From NCBI RefSeq assembly GCF_003334335.1, contig NZ_QOWQ01000049.1: a stretch of 30,887 bases of DNA; one strand, 5' to 3'. Position 1 is the stretch's first letter, and the number at the start of each line of letters is the position of its first letter. Positions 9,140-22,570 of the stretch are shown in pieces. The position numbers and the translations under genes were made by a program. Origin of the DNA: Escherichia coli. GTDB taxonomy: Bacteria > Pseudomonadota > Gammaproteobacteria > Enterobacterales > Enterobacteriaceae. The notes under the pieces were generated by a model. The model searched no databases. It was not told where the DNA came from and saw only the letters and a program-made list of their open reading frames with translations.

Positions 9140-10204
9140 TTAGCGGTGATACTGTTCAGACAGTCGATGCACTGCCTCCACGAACACGCCAGCATGTTCT
9201 GGCGGCACATCCTGATGAATGCCGTGACCAAGGTTAAAGACATGACCTTCGCCGTGACCGAAACCTGCAAGTATAGTCGCTACTTCTTCTTCAATGCGGG
9301 CAGGCGGCGCGTACAGCATCGACGGATCCATATTACCCTGCAACGCGACTTTATTGCCCACACGGCGGCGCGCATCGGCGATGTCCGTTGTCCAGTCGAG
9401 GCCCAGCGCATCGCAACCGGTTTCTGCCATGGCTTCCAGCCACTGTCCGCCGCCTTTGGTAAACAGCGTGACCGGTACGCGGCGACCGTCGTTTTCACGC
9501 AGTAAACCATCAACAATTTTATGCATGTAATAGAGCGAGAACTGTTGATAATCGCGCCCGGTAAGCACGCCGCCCCAGGTGTCGAAAATCATCACTGCCT
9601 GAGCACCGGCTTTAATCTGCGCATTCAGATACAAAGTGACGCTTTTCGCCAGTTTATCGAGCAGAGCGTGCAGCGCCTGCGGATCGGCATACATCATTTT
9701 TTTGATCACGGTGAAGGCTTTGCTGCTGCCGCCTTCCACCATGTAGGTCGCCAGCGTCCACGGGCTGCCGGAAAAACCAATCAGCGGCACTTCGCCTTTC
9801 AGTTCGCGACGAATGGTACGCACCGCGTTCATCACGTAACCCAGTTCATCTTCCGGGTCCGGAATTGGCAGTTTATCGACGTCAGCTTTGCAGGTGACTG
9901 GCGAGGTAAAACGCGGACCTTCTCCGGCTTCAAAATAGAGCCCTAACCCCATCGCGTCCGGCACGGTGAGGATATCGGAAAAGAGGATCGCCGCATCCAG
10001 CGGGTAGCGACGCAGCGGTTGCAAAGTCACTTCGCACGCCAGCTCGGCGTTTTTGCACAGCGACATAAAATCGCCTGCCTGGGCGCGCGTGGCTTTATAT
10101 TCCGGTAGATAGCGACCCGCCTGGCGCATCATCCATACTGGAGTGACATCAACGGGCTGGCGCAGCAGCGCCCGCAGATAACGATCGTTTTTAAGTTCGG
10201 TCAT
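9140..10204 (-). CDS. hemE: Uroporphyrinogen decarboxylase
   Basis: 354-codon ORF; translation ([36 protein letters not shown]...) is HemE/URO-D family. Confidence 0.97.
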   Translation of the reverse strand: MTELKNDRYLRALLRQPVDVTPVWMMRQAGRYLPEYKATRAQAGDFMSLCKNAELACEVTLQPLRRYPLDAAILFSDILTVPDAMGLGLYFEAGEGPRFTSPVTCKADVDKLPIPDPEDELGYVMNAVRTIRRELKGEVPLIGFSGSPWTLATYMVEGGSSKAFTVIKKMMYADPQALHALLDKLAKSVTLYLNAQIKAGAQAVMIFDTWGGVLTGRDYQQFSLYYMHKIVDGLLRENDGRRVPVTLFTKGGGQWLEAMAETGCDALGLDWTTDIADARRRVGNKVALQGNMDPSMLYAPPARIEEEVATILAGFGHGEGHVFNLGHGIHQDVPPEHAGVFVEAVHRLSEQYHR

Positions 10205-10243
10205 TTTGGCTGTTCCTTAGTGCGTCAGGCGGTCAGTGTATCA

Positions 10244-11017
10244 TCACTCATACTCTGCCCGACACATCGCCACCGTATCTTCTATCAGACGGCGCGCTAC
10301 GGTGCCGGGCGGCGGGAGTAACGGCAAATCGTCATAGCGATACCAGTTCGCCTCGAGCAATTCTTTCGGGTCGATCACGATGTCGCCGCTGTCATATTCC
10401 GCCATAAACGCGGTCATTAAAGACTGAGGAAACGGCCACGGCTGAGAAGTCACGTAACGCAAGTTTTTAACTTTAATTCCGCTCTCTTCCATCACTTCCC
10501 GCGCGACTGCCTGCTCGAGGGTTTCGCCCACTTCGACGAATCCGGCAAGTACTGTATGGACACCGTTACGATGGCGGGTATGCTGGGCGAGGAGGATCGA
10601 ATCATCGCGACGGATGGCAACAATAATGCAGGGGGCGATTTGCGGGTAGTAACGCTCACGGCAATGGCTGCACAGCATCGCCCATTCGGTTTTGCTCGGA
10701 TACATTTCATGCCCGCAGTAACCACAGTATTTATGCGATCGGTAAAACTCCGCCAGTTGTACGCCTCGTCCGGCCAGTTGAAACAGCCCAACATCGAGAT
10801 CAATGACCTGACGTACCGACCCCATATCGTGACGCCGCTGCTGTTGTACTAACCAAACAGGTTCCCCCTGCCATTCGCCGATTTGTAGTGCGCGCTGACC
10901 CACAAGATCGAAATTTGCCGCTTCGCCATATGGCAATTCTCCCTTCGGCAACCATAATTTTTGTTCATGGCTGACGACCCACCAGCCGTGATCTAATTTT
11001 TCAATTATACGATCCAT
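10244..11017 (-). CDS. nudC: NADH pyrophosphatase / RNA NAD-decapping Nudix hydrolase
   Basis: 257-codon ORF with zinc-ribbon cysteines (CGYCGHEM...CSHC) and a Nudix box ([22 protein letters not shown]). Confidence 0.95.
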
Positions 11018-11111
11018 AGCTCTTGCACTACCTTTGCATCACTGGCATGTTTAACATGGTTTTTACATTTCTCACTGAGCAGTTTTTGAATACAAACTTG
11101 CGGAGTCAATC

Positions 11112-11588
11112 ATGCTTAACCAGCTCGATAACCTGACGGAGCGCGTCAGAGGAAGTAACAAACTGGTTGATCGCTGGCTACATGTACGTAAGCATCTGCT
11201 CGTGGCTTACTACAATCTGGTTGGCATTAAGCCTGGCAAAGAATCGTACATGAGGCTAAACGAAAAAGCCCTTGATGATTTTTGTCAGAGCCTGGTCGAT
11301 TACTTGTCTGCCGGACATTTCAGTATTTATGAGCGCATTCTTCATAAGCTGGAAGGCAACGGGCAACTCGCGCGCGCCGCGAAGATTTGGCCGCAACTCG
11401 AAGCCAATACTCAACAGATTATGGATTACTACGATTCCAGTCTGGAAACCGCCATCGATCATGATAATTACCTTGAGTTTCAACAGGTTTTATCTGACAT
11501 CGGCGAGGCGCTGGAAGCGCGCTTTGTGCTGGAAGATAAGCTGATTCTGCTGGTGCTTGACGCCGCCCGCGTCAAACATCCTGCTTGA
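11112..11588 (+). CDS. rsd: Regulator of sigma D (anti-sigma70 factor Rsd)
   Basis: 158-codon ORF; translation is the Rsd/AlgQ family; divergent from nudC across a 94-bp promoter region. Confidence 0.95.
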   Translation: MLNQLDNLTERVRGSNKLVDRWLHVRKHLLVAYYNLVGIKPGKESYMRLNEKALDDFCQSLVDYLSAGHFSIYERILHKLEGNGQLARAAKIWPQLEANTQQIMDYYDSSLETAIDHDNYLEFQQVLSDIGEALEARFVLEDKLILLVLDAARVKHPA

Positions 11589-11622
11589 GTTCTGCGCTGT
11601 TAACGCGTAATTTACATTCAAT

Positions 11623-11650
11623 GCCCCATTTGCGGGGCTAATTTCTTGTC
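11623..11650 (+). terminator. Intrinsic terminator downstream of rsd
   Basis: 5-bp GC stem GCCCC/GGGGC with ATTTGC loop, followed by the T-rich tract TAATTTCTTGTC. Confidence 0.6.
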
Positions 11651-11735
11651 GGAGTGCCTTAACTGGCTGAGACCGTTTATTCGGGATCCGCGGAACCTGA
11701 TCAGGCTAATACCTGCGAAGGGAACAAGAGTTAAT
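11651..11735 (+). promoter_or_regulatory. TPP riboswitch (THI element) in the thiC leader
   Basis: Contains the conserved thi-box core CTGAGA (11667..11672) and the downstream AACCTGATCAGGCTAATACCTGCGAAGGGAAC segment, about 90 nt upstream of the thiC ATG. Confidence 0.85.
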
Positions 11736-11817
11736 CTGCTATCGCATCGCCCCTGCGGCGATCGTCTCTTGCTTCATCCGTCGTCTGACAAGCCACGTCC
11801 TTAACTTTTTGGAATGA

Positions 11818-13715
<1,898 letters not shown>

Positions 13716-13716
<1 letters not shown>

Positions 13717-14351
13717 TGTATCAGCCTGATTTTCCTCCTGTACCTTTTCGTTCAGGACTGTACCCGGTGGTGGACAGCGTACAGTGGATCGAACGTCTGT
13801 TGGATGCAGGCGTACGTACTCTCCAGCTACGCATCAAAGATCGGCGCGATGAAGAGGTGGAAGCCGATGTCGTGGCGGCAATTGCGCTGGGCCGCCGCTA
13901 TAACGCGCGATTGTTTATCAACGATTACTGGCGGCTGGCGATCAAGCATCAGGCGTATGGCGTCCATTTGGGGCAGGAAGATTTGCAAGCCACCGATCTC
14001 AATGCCATCCGCGCGGCAGGCCTGCGGCTGGGCGTTTCGACACATGACGATATGGAAATCGACGTCGCGCTGGCAGCACGCCCCTCTTATATCGCGCTGG
14101 GACATGTGTTCCCGACGCAAACCAAACAGATGCCTTCTGCACCGCAGGGGCTGGAACAGCTGGCACGGCATGTTGAGCGACTGGCGGATTATCCCACCGT
14201 GGCGATTGGCGGTATCAGTCTGGCACGCGCGCCTGCGGTGATAGCAACGGGTGTCGGCAGTATCGCCGTCGTCAGCGCCATTACTCAAGCCGCAGACTGG
14301 CGTTTGGCAACGGCACAGTTGCTGGAAATTGCAGGAGTTGGCGATGAATGA
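13716..14351 (+). CDS. thiE: Thiamine-phosphate synthase
   Basis: Translation from the ATG at 13716 (MYQPDFPPV...) gives 211 aa; that ATG shares one base with the thiC TGA stop (TGATG). The track ORF begins one codon earlier at a GTG. Confidence 0.93.
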
Positions 14352-15099
14352 CCGTGACTTTATGCGTTATAGCCGCCAAATCCTGCTCGACGATATCGCT
14401 CTGGACGGGCAGCAAAAACTGCTCGACAGCCAGGTGCTGATTATCGGTCTGGGCGGGCTGGGTACACCTGCTGCGCTGTACCTGGCGGGCGCTGGCGTCG
14501 GGACGCTGGTACTGGCAGATGACGACGATGTGCATTTAAGCAATCTGCAACGACAAATCCTCTTTACCACTGAAGATATCGATCGCCCGAAATCGCAGGT
14601 CAGCCAACAGCGACTGACACAGTTGAATCCCGACATTCAACTGACAGCATTACAACAACGGTTAACGGGTGAGGCGTTAAAAGATGCGGTTGCACGGGCC
14701 GATGTGGTGCTCGACTGTACCGACAATATGGCGACTCGCCAGGAGATTAATGCCGCCTGCGTGGCACTCAACACGCCGCTTATCACCGCCAGCGCGGTCG
14801 GATTTGGCGGTCAGTTGATGGTACTGACGCCGCCCTGGGAGCAGGGGTGTTACCGCTGCCTGTGGCCAGATAACCAGGAGCCAGAACGCAACTGCCGCAC
14901 GGCGGGCGTGGTTGGCCCGGTGGTCGGGGTTATGGGCACTTTGCAGGCACTGGAAGCCATTAAGTTATTAAGCGGTATAGAGACACCTGCGGGAGAACTC
15001 CGACTGTTCGACGGTAAATCGAGCCAGTGGCGCAGCCTGGCGTTGCGCCGCGCCAGTGGTTGCCCGGTATGCGGAGGAAGCAATGCAGATCCTGTTTAA
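14344..15099 (+). CDS. thiF: Sulfur-carrier protein ThiS adenylyltransferase (E1-like)
   Basis: True start [15 protein letters not shown] at 14344 (251 aa) with GxGxxG nucleotide-binding loop and C-terminal CxxC; overlaps the thiE stop by 8 nt. The 282-aa track ORF is an in-frame upstream extension inside thiE. Confidence 0.93.
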
Positions 15100-15283
15100 C
15101 GATCAAGCGATGCAGTGCGCCGCCGGGCAAACTGTTCACGAACTACTGGAGCAACTCGACCAACGACAAGCGGGCGCGGCTCTGGCGATTAATCAGCAAA
15201 TCGTCCCGCGTGAGCAGTGGGCGCAACATATCGTGCAGGATGGCGACCAGATCCTGCTTTTTCAGGTTATTGCAGGGGGTTGA
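15083..15283 (+). CDS. thiS: Sulfur-carrier protein ThiS
   Basis: 66-aa product [16 protein letters not shown]...LLFQVIAGG with the C-terminal Gly-Gly typical of ThiS; overlaps the thiF 3' end by 17 nt. Confidence 0.92.
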
Positions 15284-15284
15284 A

Positions 15285-16055
15285 ATGTTACGTATTGCGG
15301 ACAAAACGTTTGATTCACATCTGTTTACCGGCACAGGGAAATTCGCTTCTTCACAACTGATGGTGGAGGCGATCCGCGCTTCCGGCAGCCAGCTGGTGAC
15401 ACTGGCGATGAAACGTGTCGACTTGCGCCAGCACAACGACGCTATCCTCGAACCGCTTATCGCGGCGGGTGTGACCCTGCTGCCAAATACATCCGGGGCG
15501 AAAACAGCGGAAGAAGCCATTTTCGCCGCCCATCTGGCTCGTGAAGCGTTAGGCACAAACTGGTTAAAATTAGAGATTCACCCTGACGCCCGCTGGCTGT
15601 TGCCCGATCCCATCGAAACCCTGAAAGCCGCCGAAACGCTGGTACAACAGGGATTTGTCGTGCTGCCTTACTGCGGGGCCGATCCGGTATTGTGTAAACG
15701 TCTGGAAGAAGTCGGCTGTGCAGCGGTGATGCCGCTCGGCGCGCCGATTGGCTCGAATCAGGGACTGGAAACCCGCGCCATGCTGGAGATTATTATCCAG
15801 CAGGCCACAGTGCCGGTGGTTGTCGATGCTGGCATCGGCGTTCCCAGCCATGCCGCGCAGGCGCTGGAAATGGGGGCCGACGCGGTGTTAGTGAATACGG
15901 CGATTGCCGTCGCGGACGATCCCGTCAACATGGCGAAGGCATTTCGTCTGGCGGTAGAAGCAGGCCTACTGGCACGTCAGTCCGGACCGGGCAGCCGCAG
16001 TTATTTTGCTCATGCCACCAGCCCGCTGACCGGATTTCTGGAGGCATCGGCATGA
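15285..16055 (+). CDS. thiG: Thiazole synthase
   Basis: True start [20 protein letters not shown] at 15285 (256 aa), one nt after the thiS stop. The 342-aa track ORF is an upstream over-extension through thiF and thiS. Confidence 0.93.
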   Translation: MLRIADKTFDSHLFTGTGKFASSQLMVEAIRASGSQLVTLAMKRVDLRQHNDAILEPLIAAGVTLLPNTSGAKTAEEAIFAAHLAREALGTNWLKLEIHPDARWLLPDPIETLKAAETLVQQGFVVLPYCGADPVLCKRLEEVGCAAVMPLGAPIGSNQGLETRAMLEIIIQQATVPVVVDAGIGVPSHAAQALEMGADAVLVNTAIAVADDPVNMAKAFRLAVEAGLLARQSGPGSRSYFAHATSPLTGFLEASA

Positions 16056-17185
16056 AAACCTTCAGCGATCGCTGGCGACAACTGGACTGGGACGACATCC
16101 GCCTGCGTATCAACGGCAAAACGGCTGCTGACGTAGAGCGGGCGCTAAATGCCTCGCAACTCACCCGCGACGACATGATGGCGCTGTTATCGCCTGCCGC
16201 CAGTGGCTATCTGGAACAACTGGCACAACGGGCGCAGCGTCTGACCCGTCAGCGATTTGGCAACACAGTTAGTTTCTACGTCCCGCTTTATCTTTCCAAT
16301 CTTTGCGCTAACGACTGCACGTACTGTGGATTTTCCATGAGTAATCGCATCAAGCGCAAAACGCTGGATGAAGCGGATATTGCCAGGGAAAGTGCCGCTA
16401 TACGGGAGATGGGCTTTGAACATCTGCTGTTAGTCACTGGTGAACATCAGGCGAAAGTGGGGATGGATTACTTTCGTCGTCATCTCCCTGCCCTTCGTGA
16501 ACAGTTCTCTTCACTACAGATGGAAGTGCAACCGCTGGCGGAGACGGAATACGCCGAGTTAAAGCAACTTGGTCTGGATGGCGTGATGGTTTATCAGGAG
16601 ACATATCACGAGGCGACTTATGCCCGCCATCATCTGAAAGGCAAAAAACAGGACTTCTTCTGGCGGCTGGAAACGCCGGATCGGCTGGGGCGTGCGGGGA
16701 TTGATAAGATAGGCCTCGGCGCGCTAATTGGCCTTTCCGACAACTGGCGCGTTGACAGCTATATGGTTGCCGAACATTTGCTATGGCTGCAACAGCATTA
16801 CTGGCAAAGCCGTTACTCTGTCTCCTTTCCGCGCCTGCGCCCGTGTACTGGCGGCATTGAGCCTGCGTCGATTATGGATGAACGCCAGTTAGTGCAAACC
16901 ATCTGCGCCTTCCGACTGCTTGCACCGGAGATTGAACTGTCACTCTCCACGCGGGAATCACCGTGGTTTCGCGATCGCGTTATTCCGCTGGCGATCAATA
17001 ACGTCAGCGCCTTCTCGAAAACGCAGCCAGGTGGCTATGCCGATAATCACCCCGAGTTGGAACAGTTCTCACCGCACGACGATCGCAGACCGGAAGCGGT
17101 TGCTGCCGCGTTAACCGCTCAGGGTTTGCAGCCGGTATGGAAAGACTGGGACAGCTATCTGGGACGCGCCTCGCAAAGACTATGA
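16052..17185 (+). CDS. thiH: 2-iminoacetate synthase (tyrosine lyase, radical SAM)
   Basis: 377-codon ORF with the radical-SAM CANDCTYC motif; ATGA overlap with the thiG stop. Confidence 0.95.
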   Translation: MKTFSDRWRQLDWDDIRLRINGKTAADVERALNASQLTRDDMMALLSPAASGYLEQLAQRAQRLTRQRFGNTVSFYVPLYLSNLCANDCTYCGFSMSNRIKRKTLDEADIARESAAIREMGFEHLLLVTGEHQAKVGMDYFRRHLPALREQFSSLQMEVQPLAETEYAELKQLGLDGVMVYQETYHEATYARHHLKGKKQDFFWRLETPDRLGRAGIDKIGLGALIGLSDNWRVDSYMVAEHLLWLQQHYWQSRYSVSFPRLRPCTGGIEPASIMDERQLVQTICAFRLLAPEIELSLSTRESPWFRDRVIPLAINNVSAFSKTQPGGYADNHPELEQFSPHDDRRPEAVAAALTAQGLQPVWKDWDSYLGRASQRL

Positions 17186-17439
17186 GACGGAATGTAAGAA
17201 CGTAAATTTATTCCGAGCCGCTACGGAAGATGAAAAACGCAAGGTTGTTGAAAGCGTTGTGTTTTTTTATGGTAGTGCCGTCAGCAGGAATGTTGTCCAG
17301 GGCGAAAAGCTTCTTCCTCGTTTCGCCCTGCCTTTCTTAAAAATTCCGTAATGCAAAGTCTGAAGCCATCGCCTGTTGAGCAATGAAAGAGATCTGATTG
17401 TAAGAGAGTAAATACTCAACTATGATAGAGACGAAAATA

Positions 17440-17601
17440 AGAACACATGTTCTCATCTTCCAGGATGCAGCAGACTGAAGAAATTCAGACATCCCGCAAC
17501 CTGCGATTATCGCAAGGTCAAGGCAAAGTCCGGTAATGGCGTTCTGAATACCAGAGATAATTCTCTGGCGAAACCCACCTTAAGGTGGGTTTTGTTATTT
17601 T
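17440..17601 (+). ncRNA. sroH: Candidate small RNA at the 3' end of the thi transcript region (position matches the sRNA sroH reported between thiH and htrC in E. coli K-12); 5' end not determinable from sequence
   Basis: Two consecutive hairpins (CCAGAGA-TAAT-TCTCTGG at 17551..17568, then AAACCCACC-TTAA-GGTGGGTTT at 17571..17592) followed by TTTTGTTATTTT; the 3' end is well defined. The 5' boundary and the identity are from memory of the K-12 locus. Confidence 0.4.
17571..17601 (+). terminator. Strong intrinsic terminator (9-bp perfect stem, TTAA loop, T-rich tail)
   Basis: AAACCCACC TTAA GGTGGGTTT followed by TGTTATTTT, read directly. It is a good terminator only on the plus strand; on the minus strand the hairpin is followed by CGCC. 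Confidence 0.8.
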
Positions 17602-18134
17602 GAGGGCTGAGGAAGCTGCTTATTTCTCAATAAGTTGTAGGCAATGGTGAAAAATTTCACTGATTTACCTTTCTGTTTTTCAGAAATGGGATAAGCGCTA
17701 GTTACATGCAAACGGAGTTTTTTCTTTTCCCTGAAAGCCCTGAACGCAACAAAGTAAAATGCCTTATCTCCTCCGTCTAAGTCCACCTCAATCACGGCAT
17801 AGCTACCATACCCGGCATGAATAACGTTGCTTTCTGGCAGCGCCAAAATAGTTCTTTTTAAGTGTGTGCGCGCTAAGTTATAACGGTGCTGGCAGAAGGG
17901 ACGAGATTCTTTAGGCGCGTGGTACATTAACGATTGTTTTTCTTCGTTCGTCTGATGTTCATAATCTTTTGTGAAGCAGTGAAGAGAGTAGGTAACCCAA
18001 AAGCGATACTCTAAAGGCTCTTTGCCCTCATGATGCTGAACGTAGACAGCCTGATGAGCATCAAGAAATGATAAATCACGAATATCACCATCCGGATGTC
18101 CAAAAGGTCGCCACTTTTCCACTTCCTGTTTCAT
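17595..18134 (-). CDS. htrC: Heat-shock protein HtrC (YjaZ)
   Basis: 179-codon ORF in the conserved position between rpoC and thiH; translation (MKQEVEKWRPFGHPDGDIRDL...) recalled as YjaZ/HtrC. Identity is by synteny and memory, not domain logic. Confidence 0.8.
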   Translation of the reverse strand: MKQEVEKWRPFGHPDGDIRDLSFLDAHQAVYVQHHEGKEPLEYRFWVTYSLHCFTKDYEHQTNEEKQSLMYHAPKESRPFCQHRYNLARTHLKRTILALPESNVIHAGYGSYAVIEVDLDGGDKAFYFVAFRAFREKKKLRLHVTSAYPISEKQKGKSVKFFTIAYNLLRNKQLPQPSK

Positions 18135-18300
18135 TCTCGTTCCTTAAGAAAGTTACACAGGAATAGTATCGAATCCTTGCCGAGTTTGACTCAATTAGTT
18201 CAGTCAGTTTCAGGATATTAGTCATCTCTACATTGATTATGAGTATTCAGAAATTCCTTAAATATTCTGACAAATGCTCTTTCCCTAAACTCCCCCCATA

Positions 18301-18325
18301 AAAAAACCCGCCGAAGCGGGTTTTT
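18301..18325 (-). terminator. rpoC intrinsic terminator (hairpin flanked by A-run and T-run, potentially bidirectional)
   Basis: AAAAAACCCGC CGAA GCGGGTTTTT about 25 nt downstream of the rpoC stop; on the minus strand the stem is followed by UUUUUUAU. Confidence 0.85.
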
Positions 18326-18346
18326 ACGTTATTTGCGGATTAACGA

Positions 18347-21300
18347 TTACTCGTTATCAGAACCGCCCAGACCTGCGTTCAGCAGTTCTGCCAGGCTGGC
18401 AGATGCGTCTTCTGCAGTCACCTGCGGTGCAGCCGGAGCTTCACCCGCAGCACGGCGACGCATACGATCCTGGTGGTACGCGTAACCGGTACCTGCCGGG
18501 ATCAGACGACCCACGATAACGTTCTCTTTCAGGCCGCGCAGTTCGTCGCGTTTGCCCGCAACGGCTGCTTCGGTCAGCACGCGAGTGGTCTCCTGGAACG
18601 ATGCCGCGGAGATGAAGGACTCGGTTGCCAGAGACGCTTTGGTGATACCCAGCAGATCGCGGGAGTAAGTTGCACCCACTTTGCCGTTCGCTTCCAGTTC
18701 GCGGTTTGCGATCTTGACGCGAGAGTATTCAACCTGTTCGCCTTCCAGGAAGTCGGAGCTACCCGCGTTAACGATGGTAGCTTTACGCAGCATCTGACGA
18801 ACGATAACTTCGATGTGTTTATCGTTAATCTTAACGCCCTGCAGACGGTATACGTCCTGTACTTCGTTAACGATGTAACGAGTAACAGCATGAACACCAC
18901 GCAGACGCAGAATGTCGTGCGGCGCTTCCGGACCGTCGGAAATTACGTCACCACGTTCTACACGTTCACCTTCGAACACGTTGAGCTGACGCCATTTCGG
19001 AATCATCTCTTCGTACGGATCGCTACCGTCTACCGGGGTGATAACCAGACGACGTTTACCTTTGGTTTCTTTACCGAAGGAAACGATACCGCTGATTTCA
19101 GCCAGGATTGCCGGCTCTTTCGGACGACGTGCTTCGAACAGGTCCGCAACGCGCGGCAGACCACCGGTGATGTCCTTGGTACCGCCGGATTCCTGCGGAA
19201 TACGCGCCAGGGTGTCACCAGAGCTGATCTGTACGCCATCTTCCAGCTGAACAATCGCTTTACCCGGCAGGAAGTACTGCGCTGGCATATCGGTACCTGG
19301 GATCAGAACGTCGTTACCCTGAGCATCAACGATTTTCAGTGCCGGACGCAGATCTTTACCACCTGCGGTACGTTCTGCGGAATCCAGAACCACCAGCGAA
19401 GACAGACCGGTCAGTTCGTCGGTCTGACGCGTAATGGTCTGGCCGTCGATCATGTCAGTAAAGCGTACAAAACCGCTTACTTCGGTGATAACCGGCATGG
19501 TGTGCGGGTCCCAGTTTGCAACGGTTTCGCCGCCAGCAACCTGTTCGCCATCGCCTTTCGCCAGTACCGCACCGTAAGGTACTTTGTAGCTTTCTTTAGT
19601 ACGACCGAATTCGTCGATCAGTTTCAGTTCAGTATTACGGGAAGTGATAACCAGTTTACCGCTGGAGTTCACAACCGACTTCACGTTGCTGAGCTTGATG
19701 CTACCTTTGTTTTTCACTTGGATGCTGGATTCAGCAGCCGCACGAGATGCCGCACCACCGATGTGGAACGTACGCATGGTCAGCTGTGTACCCGGTTCAC
19801 CGATGGACTGTGCCGCGATAACACCGATTGCTTCACCCTTGTTGATGATGTGGCCACGCGCCAGGTCACGACCGTAGCAGTGCGCACATACACCAAAGTC
19901 GGTGTCACAAGATACAACAGAACGTACTTTAACCGCGTCGACAGAGTTCTCTTCCAGCAGGTCACACCACTGTTCGTGCAGCAGCGTGTTGCGCGGAACG
20001 AGGATATCAGCAGTACCCGGCTTCAGAACGTCTTCAGCAGTTACACGACCCAGTACGCGATCGCGCAGCGGCTCTTTAACGTCACCACCCTCGATAACCG
20101 GAGTCATCATGATACCTTCATGGGTACCACAATCGTCTTCGGTAACCACCAGGTCCTGCGCCACGTCAACCAGACGACGAGTCAGGTAACCGGAGTTCGC
20201 AGTTTTCAGTGCGGTATCCGCCAGACCTTTACGAGCACCGTGGGTGGAGATGAAGTACTGGAGTACGTTCAGACCTTCACGGAAGTTCGCGGTGATTGGC
20301 GTTTCGATGATGGAGCCATCCGGCTTCGCCATCAGACCACGCATACCAGCAAGCTGACGAATCTGTGCCGCAGAACCACGCGCACCGGAGTCGGCCATCA
20401 TGTAGATGCTGTTGAAGGAAACCTGCTTCTCTTCCTGACCGTCACGGTTAATCACGGTTTCAGTTTGCAGGTTATCCATCATCGCTTTGGATACACGATC
20501 GTTCGCCGCAGCCCAGATATCGATAACTTTGTTGTAGCGTTCGCCCGCAGTTACCAGACCAGACTGGAACTGCTCCTGAATTTCAGCAACTTCTGCTTCT
20601 GCCTCGGAGATGATTTCGTGTTTCTTCTCCGGGATGACCATGTCATCGATACCAACAGATGCACCAGAACGCGCTGCATAGGCGAAGCCGGTGTACATGA
20701 TCTGGTCCGCAAAAATAACGGTCGGTTTCAGACCGAGAATGCGGTAGCAGGTGTTCAGCATTTTGGAGATTGCTTTTTTACCCAGCGCCTGGTTGACGAT
20801 GGAGTAAGGCAGACCTTTCGGTACAATCATCCACAGAATGGCACGGCCAACAGTCGTGTCTTTCAGGCTGGTTTTCGCTACTAATTCACCGTTAGCATCT
20901 TTTTCATACTCGGTGATACGCACTTTAACGCGCGCATGCAGAGAAGCCAGACCAGAGCGATACAGACGTTCTGCTTCTTTCGGGCCAGTCAGCACCATGC
21001 CTTCGCCTTTGGCGTTAACACAGTCACGGGTCATGTAGTACAGACCCAGTACAACGTCCTGAGACGGAACGATGATTGGTTCGCCGTTCGCCGGGGACAG
21101 GATGTTGTTGGTAGACATCATCAGCGCACGCGCTTCCAGCTGGGCTTCCAGCGTCAGCGGTACGTGAACAGCCATCTGGTCACCATCGAAGTCGGCGTTA
21201 TATGCCGCACAAACCAGCGGGTGCAGCTGGATAGCTTTACCTTCGATCAGTACCGGTTCAAATGCCTGGATACCCAGACGGTGCAGAGTCGGTGCACGGT

Positions 21301-22570
21301 TCAGCAGTACCGGGTGTTCGCGGATAACTTCGTCCAGGATATCCCAAACGACAGCTTCTTCGCGCTCAACCATTTTCTTCGCAGCTTTAATGGTGGTAGC
21401 AAGACCACGCAGTTCCAGCTTGCCGTAGATGAACGGTTTGAACAGCTCCAGTGCCATTTTCTTCGGCAGACCGCACTGATGCAGACGCAGGTATGGACCT
21501 ACGGTGATTACAGAACGACCGGAGTAGTCAACACGCTTACCGAGCAGGTTCTGACGGAAACGACCCTGTTTACCTTTGATCATGTCGGCCAAAGATTTCA
21601 GAGGACGCTTGTTAGAACCGGTGATCGCACGACCGCGACGACCGTTATCCAGCAGGGCGTCTACCGCTTCCTGCAGCATACGTTTTTCGTTACGTACGAT
21701 GATGTCCGGCGCAGCCAGATCCAGCAGACGTTTCAGACGGTTGTTACGGTTAATGACGCGACGATACAGATCGTTCAGGTCAGAAGTCGCGAAACGACCA
21801 CCATCCAGCGGAACCAGCGGACGCAGATCTGGCGGCAGTACCGGCAGAACGGTCAGGATCATCCACTCTGGTTTGTTACCAGACTGAACGAACGCTTCCA
21901 GCAGTTTGATACGCTTGGTCAGCTTTTTACGCTTGGTTTCGGAGTTGGTTTCGTTCAGCTCTTCACGCAGCTGTTCGCACTCTTGCTCCAGATCCATGCT
22001 CTTCAGCAGAGCCTGGATTGCTTCCGCCCCCATCTTCGCGTCGAATTCGTCACCGAACTCTTCCAGCGCGTCCAGATACTGCTCTTCAGTCAGGATCTGC
22101 TGACGTTCCAGGTTGGTCATACCGCCTTCGATAACCACATAGGATTCAAAGTACAGTACGCGTTCGATATCGCGCAGCGGCATATCGAGCAGCAGACCGA
22201 TACGGGACGGCAGCGATTTCAGGAACCAGATGTGCGCAGTCGGGGAAGCCAGTTCGATGTGGCCCATACGCTCACGGCGTACTTTAGTCTGGGTCACTTC
22301 AACGCCGCACTTCTCACAGATGACGCCACGGTGTTTCAGGCGCTTGTACTTACCGCACAGGCACTCGTAATCTTTTACCGGCCCAAAGATACGGGCGCAG
22401 AAAAGGCCGTCACGTTCTGGTTTGAACGTACGGTAGTTGATGGTTTCCGGCTTTTTAACTTCACCGAAAGACCATGAACGGATCATGTCTGGCGAAGCCA
22501 GAGCAATTTTGATCGCATCAAACTCTTCGGTTTTAGTCTGCGCTTTCAGAAACTTTAATAAATCTTTCAC
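18347..22570 (-). CDS. rpoC: DNA-directed RNA polymerase subunit beta'
   Basis: 1407-codon ORF with GTG start and GGGAG Shine-Dalgarno; N-terminal zinc-binding cysteines and the NADFDGD catalytic motif are present. Confidence 0.98.

Noticed and set aside
15027-15284. Upstream extensions of the thiG (342 aa), thiF (282 aa) and thiS (75 aa) track ORFs
   Set aside because: In-frame read-through from overlapping upstream genes; the conserved N-termini begin at internal ATGs placed for translational coupling.
18473-22477. 803-aa and 513-aa plus-strand ORFs antisense to rpoC
   Set aside because: Same codon-bias artefact as for rpoB; no RBS or domain signal.
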